From a virus (Duplodnaviria; Caudoviricetes): a stretch of DNA of 37,975 bases. Of this stretch, positions 16,569 through 23,778 are shown one piece after another. Every line of letters starts with the position of its first letter. Within the stretch, counting starts at the first letter, position 1. The notes under the pieces are model-generated. The model ran no database searches. It was not told the origin of the DNA and saw nothing but the letters and a program-made list of their open reading frames with translations. The DNA lies in the IMG/VR virus record IMGVR_UViG_3300032242_001019, positions 1 through 37,975 of that record, one strand, 5' to 3'. The position numbers were made by a program, and so were the translations under genes.

Positions 16569-17274
16569 TTGTTTGCTCCTTGAGTTGTTTAAATTTGAGC
16601 TTAAGCTCGGTGAAATGATCCCTAACTGTCGCATAGAGATCGGGGTGTGAACGCTTTAACGCATCCAATTCGGTTTGATTGTTCTTCCAGTAGTCCGACA
16701 GGTCATTAACGTTTTGTACGTGCCAAGCCTTGTTTGCATACTCGATCATTCCCTCAGCAAAGAGTTCTCTACTGGCATCTTCTTCAGGTGTGCCTGTCAC
16801 AATCTTCTTGATAGCCTTCTCGACAATGGCTTCTACCTTCGCTGCCTGCTCTTGTTTAAACGCAACATCCGCAGCTTCCTCTGGTACATCCTCTCCTGCA
16901 TAGATGTAGAGTCCCAAACCATGCAGGCTGACTGCCTTGGTCATGCAACGCATGATCGCAGTGTTGACTGCAAACGCATCAGGGTTGGTGATGGGTTTAT
17001 TCCTGTAGTCCATGACTGGCAACATACATGTACGGGGTTGGCCAAACATGGTGACGGTGACCCAGACCATGCCTGTGCCGTTTACATCCATGTATGGTTT
17101 GCCGTCAAACTGTTCCACGTGAAACACTGCGCTTGGATCAGCTTTTAAAACCTCTGCCCATGCCCACGCCCAACTTAAGTACGTTAAGCCGTTCTTCTTT
17201 TCGGTGTGGTCATTGACATTAATCTTCAGTAGATCCAATGGTGAAGTAGGTTTAACTTGTTCTTCGGGTTTCAT
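16561..17274 (-). CDS. Sak3/DUF1071 single-strand annealing protein
   Basis: INVNDHTEKKNGLTYLSWAWAW...LPVMDYRNK...NTAIMRCMTKA...HGLGLYIYAGED. Confidence 0.85.
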   Translation of the reverse strand: MKPEEQVKPTSPLDLLKINVNDHTEKKNGLTYLSWAWAWAEVLKADPSAVFHVEQFDGKPYMDVNGTGMVWVTVTMFGQPRTCMLPVMDYRNKPITNPDAFAVNTAIMRCMTKAVSLHGLGLYIYAGEDVPEEAADVAFKQEQAAKVEAIVEKAIKKIVTGTPEEDASRELFAEGMIEYANKAWHVQNVNDLSDYWKNNQTELDALKRSHPDLYATVRDHFTELKLKFKQLKEQTNG

Positions 17275-17462
17275 TTGATTCCATTCTCCAATTTAAAAAT
17301 TAACAACTCCAACTCATGTTCAATATATTCTTCAATATATTCAACTACATCTTCAGCAGACATTTCTTTCTGCGAAACACCTAACGTTATATCGTCAAGT
17401 AATTCGTAAACTCGTTCTGCAAGATCCAAATTGGTTTCATTGCTCTGAGCTACCTTGCTCAT
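17271..17462 (-). CDS. Small acidic hypothetical protein
   Basis: Start MSKVAQ with a GGAGGT RBS; 63 aa. Confidence 0.5.
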   Translation of the reverse strand: MSKVAQSNETNLDLAERVYELLDDITLGVSQKEMSAEDVVEYIEEYIEHELELLIFKLENGIK

Positions 17463-18321
17463 TAGTTCCGACCTCCGATTGGTATTGACTACACCATTCG
17501 GCAACTCCGCAATAGTTTCCTGTGCATCTGACGGGTTCACCTTTTCTAGTTTCGACATATCCTTTTTCCTTTTCTGCCAACTCTGTGGCTTCTTCGATTG
17601 ACTTAAATAACTTGATGGCTGTTTTACGGCCTTCCCTCTTTACGGCAAATACAGTCTCCCGCATCCACCTATCCTCATCAGAGCAGAGCGGTAGCTCTTC
17701 TCCAAAGTCCTGAAACATCTTGGCATTCCGATGTTGTTCTAATCTGTCCCGAACGTAGGTCTCAGTCTTCACCGCATCCCACATTGGAATATCCACCATG
17801 TGAATAGGGGCTTTAGGATATCCATCCTTCTTCTCGTGGCGACTGAAATCCCTGATGAAAGCACAGATCTGAAGTCCAGCAACTTTACGTTTCTTTACCT
17901 TCTCAACTAACCATTTATAGACATTCAGTTGTTGTTCCCATTCGATCTTGTCTTGCATGACTGCCCACGCAGAAGTGAACTTGTAGTCAATGATGACGAT
18001 CCCGTCAGGGGTTTCTTTCTGTAAATCGATCTGTCCAGAGATGGCTATCTCGTCTACATTGATAAATAACCTCTCCTCCTGTATATACCCTTCAGTGATG
18101 CCTCGCTCCATTACTACGTGCAAGGCCGACCCTAGCAACTGCCATAGGTTGTCAGAGACATCCTGAACCACCCTATCGCCATACTGATCTTGCAGTCGGC
18201 GTATACGTGGGGGTGACATCAATTCAGTTACGCTATACTGCGATGCTCCTTTAGAGTAATATTCCTTTGTCGCTAAAGTCATTAGCGTCTCAGGAACGTT
18301 CCATTTGTTAGTAATTTGCAT
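17437..18321 (-). CDS. PD-(D/E)XK exonuclease (RecB/Cas4-like), recombination partner of Sak3
   Basis: G.ALH...EERL...SGQIDL...IIDYK...QLNVY with a C-terminal Cys cluster (PLC...RC...YC...WC). Start MQITNKW with a GGAGG RBS. Confidence 0.8.
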   Translation of the reverse strand: MQITNKWNVPETLMTLATKEYYSKGASQYSVTELMSPPRIRRLQDQYGDRVVQDVSDNLWQLLGSALHVVMERGITEGYIQEERLFINVDEIAISGQIDLQKETPDGIVIIDYKFTSAWAVMQDKIEWEQQLNVYKWLVEKVKKRKVAGLQICAFIRDFSRHEKKDGYPKAPIHMVDIPMWDAVKTETYVRDRLEQHRNAKMFQDFGEELPLCSDEDRWMRETVFAVKREGRKTAIKLFKSIEEATELAEKEKGYVETRKGEPVRCTGNYCGVAEWCSQYQSEVGTNEQGSSEQ

Positions 18322-18342
18322 TGACCCTCCTATAGGTGTTGT

Positions 18343-18801
18343 ATGGATGAATTGAATAATATCACTATTGAAAACGAATTGCAAGCACTTTCATTATATA
18401 TTTTAGGCGAGCCTGCAAGCAAAGCAAACTCACGCAGGATGGTGCGTTTTGGCAACATGTCTCGTTTGATCAAAAGTCAAAAGGCTTTGGATTATTCTGA
18501 AATGTTTAAACAGCAATGCAGGCCGCTGGCAACCCTGATGACTGGAGATCTGCGTGTGATCATGAAGATTTATTACGCCTCCCGCCGTCCTGATTTAGAT
18601 GAGAGCTTGATCCTTGATCTGATGCAGGGATTGATCTATGAGAATGACAGGCAAGTCAAGGAACGCCATGTGTATTGGGGGCTAGACCCTGATAACCCAA
18701 GAGCAGAGATTATTGTCGAGGGGATTCCCACCATTGCGCCGATAAAAAAGCCCCGCACTAAGGCGGGGCAAAAGACAACTGCAAGCCTGCAAAGAAAATG
18801 A
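18343..18801 (+). CDS. rusA: RusA-like Holliday junction resolvase
   Basis: GEPASKANSRR...RRPDLD...ILD.MQG.IY.NDRQV...D..NPRAEI. Confidence 0.75.
   Translation: MDELNNITIENELQALSLYILGEPASKANSRRMVRFGNMSRLIKSQKALDYSEMFKQQCRPLATLMTGDLRVIMKIYYASRRPDLDESLILDLMQGLIYENDRQVKERHVYWGLDPDNPRAEIIVEGIPTIAPIKKPRTKAGQKTTASLQRK
18355..18384 (-). promoter_or_regulatory. Sigma70-like leftward promoter of the recombination/accessory operon
   Basis: Minus strand TTGCAA-N17-TATTAT with an extended -10 TG. Confidence 0.6.
18744..18769 (-). terminator. Rho-independent terminator (minus strand)
   Basis: Minus strand GCCCCGC-CTTAGT-GCGGGGC-TTTTTT. Confidence 0.65.
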
Positions 18802-18980
18802 AAATGACTTGCAGGGGAATATTAGCACATATTAGAATAAAGGCACATCAAGAGATGTAGAGATTGGTGGGAAGAAGTCGGTCATTGGCGCTCTGAACTG
18901 CAACGTCTGGCCAGCCAGTTGTAGTTAACGCTTTCATCCCGATCCTCCACGCAGGTCATGACTGCAACAGTCTCTACTTC

Positions 18981-19064
18981 TGTTGGTGTGCAACGGGTTA
19001 GCGCCGTTGTAAACTCCTATTTGAGTTTGGAACACAACACACTGCTTTATGTGAAACACCAACA
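18981..19064 (+). ncRNA. Cloverleaf-like structured RNA (not a canonical tRNA; strand uncertain)
   Basis: Closing stem TGTTGGTGT/ACACCAACA with three hairpins: GCAACGG/CCGTTGT, AAACTC/GAGTTT and CACA/TGTG. Confidence 0.5.
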
Positions 19065-19086
19065 ACCCTACGTTTTACTCAGGTAC

Positions 19087-19115
19087 TTCACCTGCCTTTA
19101 TTTTTGTTATATACT
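19087..19115 (+). promoter_or_regulatory. Sigma70-like promoter of the replication operon
   Basis: TTCACC-N17-TATACT; predicted start near 19122, at the 5' end of the structured leader. Confidence 0.55.
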
Positions 19116-19121
19116 GCGCTC

Positions 19122-19240
19122 ATAGTTAGGTGTGGAAGCCAAACTGAAAGCCGTTAGATCTGATCCCGACCCCGAATGGGGTAGCGTTGCTCACAAAGCA
19201 GTGTTCTTCCACCGGGGTCAGTTCTAACGGCTTTTTTTTG
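19122..19240 (+). ncRNA. Structured leader/attenuator ending in a U8 tract
   Basis: Stems AAAGCCGTTAGA/TCTAACGGCTTT and CTGATCCCG/CGGGGTCAG, two internal hairpins, and GTGGAAG (19132) complementary to CTTCCAC (19206). Confidence 0.55.
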
Positions 19241-19508
19241 TCTCCATTTTTTCTATAACTCATTCACTGGTCGGTTAACAGTAGCGGTGAATGTTTAAAC
19301 CCCCCACTATGGGAAAGACAAGGAAGCAGGGGTACGGGTGGCGAAGTTAGCGCCCTATTGTCGAACGGCTGACGAGTCACGTGGCTCCGGAGAGCATGGT
19401 GTAAAGGGCTTAGGATAGGCTAAGTCCGTCCACCAAAGAGCATCCCCTTGGGGATGCAATGACGGCAAGTAAAGATATGACGGCTAAGACAGGGGGTTAT
19501 CACTAACC

Positions 19509-19940
19509 ATGCGTAAAGAATTCAGCACGGCACTTCACGATCAGTATGACTCCTACGGCAAGGCCAAGGTTAAGGCTTATTTCATGAAGGCTTACGGGGT
19601 TTTCCTGATGGAGAATGAAGACCGCTATGCGGTCGATCTTGTGGCTTACAAAGATGGAAAGAAGTTAGGGTATGTTGAGGTTGAGGTTAGGGAATCTTGG
19701 GGTGATAATGAATTCCCGTTTCCCACCTTGCACATCCCTGAGAGAAAAGGTAAATTGTTAAACAATGATTTGAAAACGGTGTTGGTCTCTGTCAACAAAA
19801 TTGGCACTCGGGCCTTTCTTTGCGATGGTGAGGTTATCCTTGCCTCACCCATCCAAGAGCGCAGTAATAAGTATGTCCAACAGGGTGAGAAGTTTTACCT
19901 TGTTGACCCCGCTCTAATTAAACTAATTGAATTGAGGTAA
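19509..19940 (+). CDS. PD-(D/E)XK-fold nuclease-like protein
   Basis: YAVDLV.....LGYVEVEVR..W...LHIPERK.K; restriction-endonuclease-like core with ExE. Confidence 0.5.
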   Translation: MRKEFSTALHDQYDSYGKAKVKAYFMKAYGVFLMENEDRYAVDLVAYKDGKKLGYVEVEVRESWGDNEFPFPTLHIPERKGKLLNNDLKTVLVSVNKIGTRAFLCDGEVILASPIQERSNKYVQQGEKFYLVDPALIKLIELR

Positions 19941-19943
19941 AGA

Positions 19944-20186
19944 ATGGCAACTCGCAATTACAAACAAGAATATGCAACGCAGAAAGAAAGAAATGAACAC
20001 CCCGACAGGATGGAAAGGCAAAGAGCTAGACGCAAGCTTGATGCCGAGGGGGTAAACAGACAAGGCAAGGACGTGGCACATGTCAAGGCTTTATCAAAAG
20101 GGGGCAGTAATAAGGACGGCGTTAAGTTGCAGCCTCCCAGCGTGAATCGCTCGTTTAAACGGAAGTCTGATGGCAGCATGAAATGA
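19944..20186 (+). CDS. Small HNH-like endonuclease
   Basis: GKDVAHVKALSKGGSN...NRS; GAGGT RBS. Confidence 0.6.
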   Translation: MATRNYKQEYATQKERNEHPDRMERQRARRKLDAEGVNRQGKDVAHVKALSKGGSNKDGVKLQPPSVNRSFKRKSDGSMK

Positions 20187-21850
20187 ATCCCGAGTTCATT
20201 GAGCAGTTCCATTTCACCGACACACTCAGGGTTACGTGTCCTGACTGTCGTGATGAGCGTAAGAAATCATCATCAAAAGACATGAGGCTGACCCGTCAAC
20301 CAGACGGGGCAGTTCTCTACCATTGCCATCATTGCCAAACAAACGGGTCAGTTCAACCCAAGGAGAGATATGTGTCTGCCGTTCCCAACATTCAAGTAGT
20401 CAGTAACGCACTGACGACCCCTCACTATGATTACCTCAAGTCGAGGGGGATATCAAAAGAGACCGCAGATAAAATGAAGCTGTTTGCGGCGGATAAGTTC
20501 TTCGGTCGTTTAAACAAAACCAGCGCAGCGATCGGCTTTCCGTATTACCGAGACGGCGCTTTGGTGGCGGTTAAATACCGAGCCTTTCCCGATAAAGACT
20601 TTACGCAGGAATCAGGGGGAGCGCATGATTTCTTTGGAATAGATCACGTGGTTAAGGGTAAACCCTTGATCATAGTAGAAGGTGAAATCGATGCCCTGAC
20701 CCTCATGGAGGCAGGGGTAGAGAACGCAGTCTCAGTTCCTAGCGGTGCTCCCATCAAGGTAGCGGATGGCAAGGTGTCGCCATCAGAAGACAAAAGATTT
20801 GCCTTTGTGTGGAACGCTAGGGAAGTTATTGATTCTGCGCCTTATGTGATTATCGCCACCGATCAGGACACCGCAGGACAAGCGTTGGCTGAAGAGTTGG
20901 CAAGAAGGATAGGTAAAGACAAATGTCGGCTGGCCAAGTTCGACATGAAAGATTTAAACGAGGTATACCTTGATGACCCCTTTCGGATAGAAGATATATT
21001 AAACAACGCCACGCCCTACCCAATCGCAGGGTTGTCCACGGCCGAGACCTACATGGAGCGTTTAAACGACCTGTACGCAGCGGGAACGGGTAAAGGCGCT
21101 TCAACTGGCTATTCTTCGCTGGATAACGTTTACACGATAGCGACATCACAGTTGTCCGTGGTTACTGGTTATCCTTCTTCAGGCAAGTCCAACTTTGTGG
21201 ATCAACTGATGGTCAACTTGGCCAAGAACGATGACTGGAAGTTTGCAGTATGTTCGTTTGAGAATCAGCCCGAGATCCACATCTCAAGGCTTATGGAGAT
21301 CTACACCAAGAAAAGGTTTTTTGATGGCAAAGAACGGATGACTCAGGAGGAAAAGGATCATGCGTTTAAATGGGTCAACGAACATTTCCTGTTTATCGAT
21401 ACAAACGGGGAAGAACCAAGTACATTGGAATCCATTCTTGAACGGGCAAAGGTGGCGGTGAAAAGAATGGGGATACGGGGTATGGTGATTGACCCGTACA
21501 ACTACATCGATTTAAACAGGGAATCGACCGAGACCGAAGCTATTTCCAATATGCTATCCAAGGTTCAAAGGTTTGTTAAAAGGCACGACATTCATTGTTG
21601 GTTCGTAGCTCACCCCTCCAAAATAAACCGCAGTGGTGTGGAACAACCAAGGCCTGACGGCATGGCTATATCAGGATCAATGGCATGGTGGGCTAAGACA
21701 GATTGTGGAATCACAATCCACAGAAAGGATAACTATGTAGAGGTGGCAGTTTGGAAATGTAGGTATAGATGGGTGGGTACGCAGGGGGAAACGACCCTTC
21801 TATATAACAAGACATCGGGCACATACTCCGAGAACCTCGACACCTTCTAG
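20183..21850 (+). CDS. T7 gp4/Twinkle-like primase-helicase
   Basis: CPDC...CHHC zinc finger, TOPRIM motifs IVEGEIDAL and ATDQD, SF4 Walker A GYPSSGKS, VIDPY and VAHP. Confidence 0.9.
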   Translation: MNPEFIEQFHFTDTLRVTCPDCRDERKKSSSKDMRLTRQPDGAVLYHCHHCQTNGSVQPKERYVSAVPNIQVVSNALTTPHYDYLKSRGISKETADKMKLFAADKFFGRLNKTSAAIGFPYYRDGALVAVKYRAFPDKDFTQESGGAHDFFGIDHVVKGKPLIIVEGEIDALTLMEAGVENAVSVPSGAPIKVADGKVSPSEDKRFAFVWNAREVIDSAPYVIIATDQDTAGQALAEELARRIGKDKCRLAKFDMKDLNEVYLDDPFRIEDILNNATPYPIAGLSTAETYMERLNDLYAAGTGKGASTGYSSLDNVYTIATSQLSVVTGYPSSGKSNFVDQLMVNLAKNDDWKFAVCSFENQPEIHISRLMEIYTKKRFFDGKERMTQEEKDHAFKWVNEHFLFIDTNGEEPSTLESILERAKVAVKRMGIRGMVIDPYNYIDLNRESTETEAISNMLSKVQRFVKRHDIHCWFVAHPSKINRSGVEQPRPDGMAISGSMAWWAKTDCGITIHRKDNYVEVAVWKCRYRWVGTQGETTLLYNKTSGTYSENLDTF

Positions 21851-21866
21851 CTCATGGGGTGAGCCT

Positions 21867-22061
21867 TGTTTAAACGCAAGGCCGCCCGCCAGAAAGAACT
21901 CGTCCCAGGAACAGTTGTTTAAACGCATTCCCTGGAGATAACAGCGGTCTTCTGTTTAAACGCACAATCCTGGGAGAGAATTGACAGCGGCTGCTGGTGG
22001 TATGTTTAAACGGCATCTTCTGGCAGAACATCCAGATCCCGCTTCAGGATTTGTTTAAACG
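21867..22061. repeat. Array of five TGTTTAAACG with 27-40-nt spacers
   Basis: Cores at 21868, 21917, 21954, 22004 and 22053 (periods 49, 37, 50, 49). Confidence 0.9.
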
Positions 22062-22078
22062 ATCCATCGCATTCACCC

Positions 22079-22104
22079 AAAAAAAAGCGCCCCGAAAGGC
22101 GCTT
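22079..22104 (-). terminator. Rho-independent terminator of the leftward early operon
   Basis: A8 run merging into the AAGCGCC-CCGAAA-GGCGCTT hairpin, right after the stop at 22107. Confidence 0.75.
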
Positions 22105-22106
22105 AA

Positions 22107-22331
22107 CTATTTACATTTATATACCGCTCCAAACATTGTCTTGTACTGGCCAAAGGCACGTGGGTTTCGGTCAAACCCCATCTTGTAAACCCACCAATGG
22201 CCATCGTACTTGATGTATTTCTCCCCCTTTTTGACCTCCATGTCAGAGTTAATAAGCTCAACGATGTGATCGTATTTGTATGTCTGCTTTAGGAAATCGG
22301 GGTCACGGCACGTCAGGGCTTTAACCTTCAA
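22107..22331 (-). CDS. Hypothetical protein
   Basis: 74 aa; last gene of the coupled operon. Confidence 0.55.
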   Translation of the reverse strand: MKVKALTCRDPDFLKQTYKYDHIVELINSDMEVKKGEKYIKYDGHWWVYKMGFDRNPRAFGQYKTMFGAVYKCK

Positions 22332-22552
22332 TGCATGGGCTTTGTTTTAGGTGCGACAAGCTCGTCATAGAGGACAGAAGAGTAGTTCAGGAAGTCTTCC
22401 CTCGTGACGTTGTTGTCTCTCATGATGTTTAAACAAACACTCATAAGGGTAGCAAAGGCGACCTCCTGCTCTATTTCGTTTTCGATCAACAGGTCAACGA
22501 CCTTGTCATTTAGCTCAACGATTTGTTTTAATGGATTCATATGTTTTCCCAT
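22328..22552 (-). CDS. Hypothetical helical protein
   Basis: 74 aa; overlaps its neighbours in the operon. Confidence 0.55.
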   Translation of the reverse strand: MGKHMNPLKQIVELNDKVVDLLIENEIEQEVAFATLMSVCLNIMRDNNVTREDFLNYSSVLYDELVAPKTKPMH

Positions 22553-22703
22553 TCAATAAATTGGCAATTTTCTCTGCGTCTTCTTTTGAATCAAAGACGG
22601 CCATTTTTTGATAACTGTATATGCCGTTTAAACATACACTGCGGCCAACCTCGTATGACTCGTCTGTATGATCCTTGGCGAACACCTTCCATTCTGAATT
22701 CAT
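22515..22703 (-). CDS. Hypothetical protein
   Basis: GGAGG RBS; F.SKEDAEK.A..LN motif. Confidence 0.6.
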   Translation of the reverse strand: MNSEWKVFAKDHTDESYEVGRSVCLNGIYSYQKMAVFDSKEDAEKIANLLNGKTYESIKTNR

Positions 22704-22933
22704 ATGCCCTCCACTCGTTTTACCAAGTCCATTGCATCGGGCTCATAGGGTGCGAGCGCCTTGATAATGTCGTACATCTGAGGGGCGAGGGCAATCATTC
22801 TCGCATTCTCCCTCTGTGCCTCGATGGTCAAAATCTTAGATGAGCAGTCGGCAATCCTTACGTCTCCTGCCTGCGTGTATTCCCACACTGTATTTTTATC
22901 GGGCGAACCGATCCACCATTGTTTAAACATCAT
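22700..22933 (-). CDS. Hypothetical protein (NAR.IA.AP family)
   Basis: Start MMFKQWW behind GGAG; IADC...ENARMIALAP.M. Confidence 0.6.
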   Translation of the reverse strand: MMFKQWWIGSPDKNTVWEYTQAGDVRIADCSSKILTIEAQRENARMIALAPQMYDIIKALAPYEPDAMDLVKRVEGI

Positions 22934-23018
22934 GCTCTCCAAAAAATAAGGTCTAATAAAATCACGGCAAACGCAAGTACGTATGCCAACGTCAATGCCC
23001 AAGAATCATCTACTGGTC

Positions 23019-23204
23019 TCATTCTTCTATCTCCCATAATCTGTTTTTAAATTCAGTGATCAATGCCTCGTCTGACATTTTGTCATAGGCAATCCCAAAC
23101 CGCAGAATGTAATCCAAGTATTCCACGTCATCATGTTGCATGGCCTGACGCACTGTCTCAATGTCATCCTCGACCAATCGGTCAATCATTACTTGTCTGT
23201 TCAT
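23019..23204 (-). CDS. Small acidic hypothetical protein
   Basis: GAGGAGG RBS; 61 aa. Confidence 0.6.
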   Translation of the reverse strand: MNRQVMIDRLVEDDIETVRQAMQHDDVEYLDYILRFGIAYDKMSDEALITEFKNRLWEIEE

Positions 23205-23378
23205 TTAATAATCCTCCTCGATTTGCTCGTCCACGTCTGACTGGTCATAACCTGTCAGGATCTCAGGCCGATAACGGCTCAACACCTCATCAACACACCT
23301 AGAGCATACCCTCGCAAGAGGGATGTTCCGAGCGTCTGTCTCCCACCATGACTCATCTGTAGAGTGATTGCATCTCAT
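23205..23378 (-). CDS. 57-aa Cys-containing protein (not in the ORF track)
   Basis: MRCNHSTDESWWETDARNIPLARVCSRCVDEVLSRYRPEILTGYDQSDVDEQIEEDY. ATGA-coupled upstream, and its stop abuts the next ATG. Confidence 0.6.
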   Translation of the reverse strand: MRCNHSTDESWWETDARNIPLARVCSRCVDEVLSRYRPEILTGYDQSDVDEQIEEDY

Positions 23379-23596
23379 TGTGATTCCCCTAGTACATAAT
23401 CAATTGCCGAACTAATCACGTCCCAATTGATTCCAATGCACGCATCATGAGAGCGGACAATCACCTCCATTACCCTATGCACCTGAGCAGGCGTGAGGGT
23501 GACCCCATCATCCTCGGCCTGCTGAATGATATCCTCATCACACCATGATTCGATGATCTCCCAATTGCCGTTGTTGTCTTGAATTAATTTTGCCAT
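23375..23596 (-). CDS. Small acidic hypothetical protein
   Basis: W..EDI...A...G..LT...HDA.IGINWDVI; AAGGGGG RBS. Confidence 0.65.
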   Translation of the reverse strand: MAKLIQDNNGNWEIIESWCDEDIIQQAEDDGVTLTPAQVHRVMEVIVRSHDACIGINWDVISSAIDYVLGESQ

Positions 23597-23769
23597 GTTG
23601 TTTCCCCCTTATTGAGTTTATTAAGATTGATTACTTCCTTGCGCTTGGCCTGTCTTTTCAGAATGACCCTCGCCCTCGCCCCGTACTTATCGCCCGATTG
23701 TGGAGCGCAACAGGGGCAGGCGAACCCCCCGTTGCCCACGACTGAAAACCTCTTGTAAATGCCTTTCAT
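23584..23769 (-). CDS. Small basic CPCC protein
   Basis: GFACPCC followed by a basic helix; AAGGGGG RBS. Confidence 0.55.
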   Translation of the reverse strand: MKGIYKRFSVVGNGGFACPCCAPQSGDKYGARARVILKRQAKRKEVINLNKLNKGETTWQN

Positions 23770-23778
23770 GATTCCCCC

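Noticed and set aside
18981-19064. tRNA gene
   Set aside because: The shape is cloverleaf-like, but it lacks the TTCRA T-loop, a canonical D-arm, a 7-nt anticodon loop and CCA, and the arm lengths are non-canonical.
21867-22061. CRISPR or mini-CRISPR interpretation of the repeat-spacer array
   Set aside because: The conserved repeat is only 10 bp, the spacers resemble each other, the same motif is dispersed genome-wide, and there is no cas operon. The Cas4-like gene is best explained as the Sak3-associated exonuclease.
23302-23330. Hairpin CCCTC-GCAA-GAGGG as a terminator or processing site
   Set aside because: It lies inside the well-coupled 57-aa CDS 23205-23378 and has no U tract.
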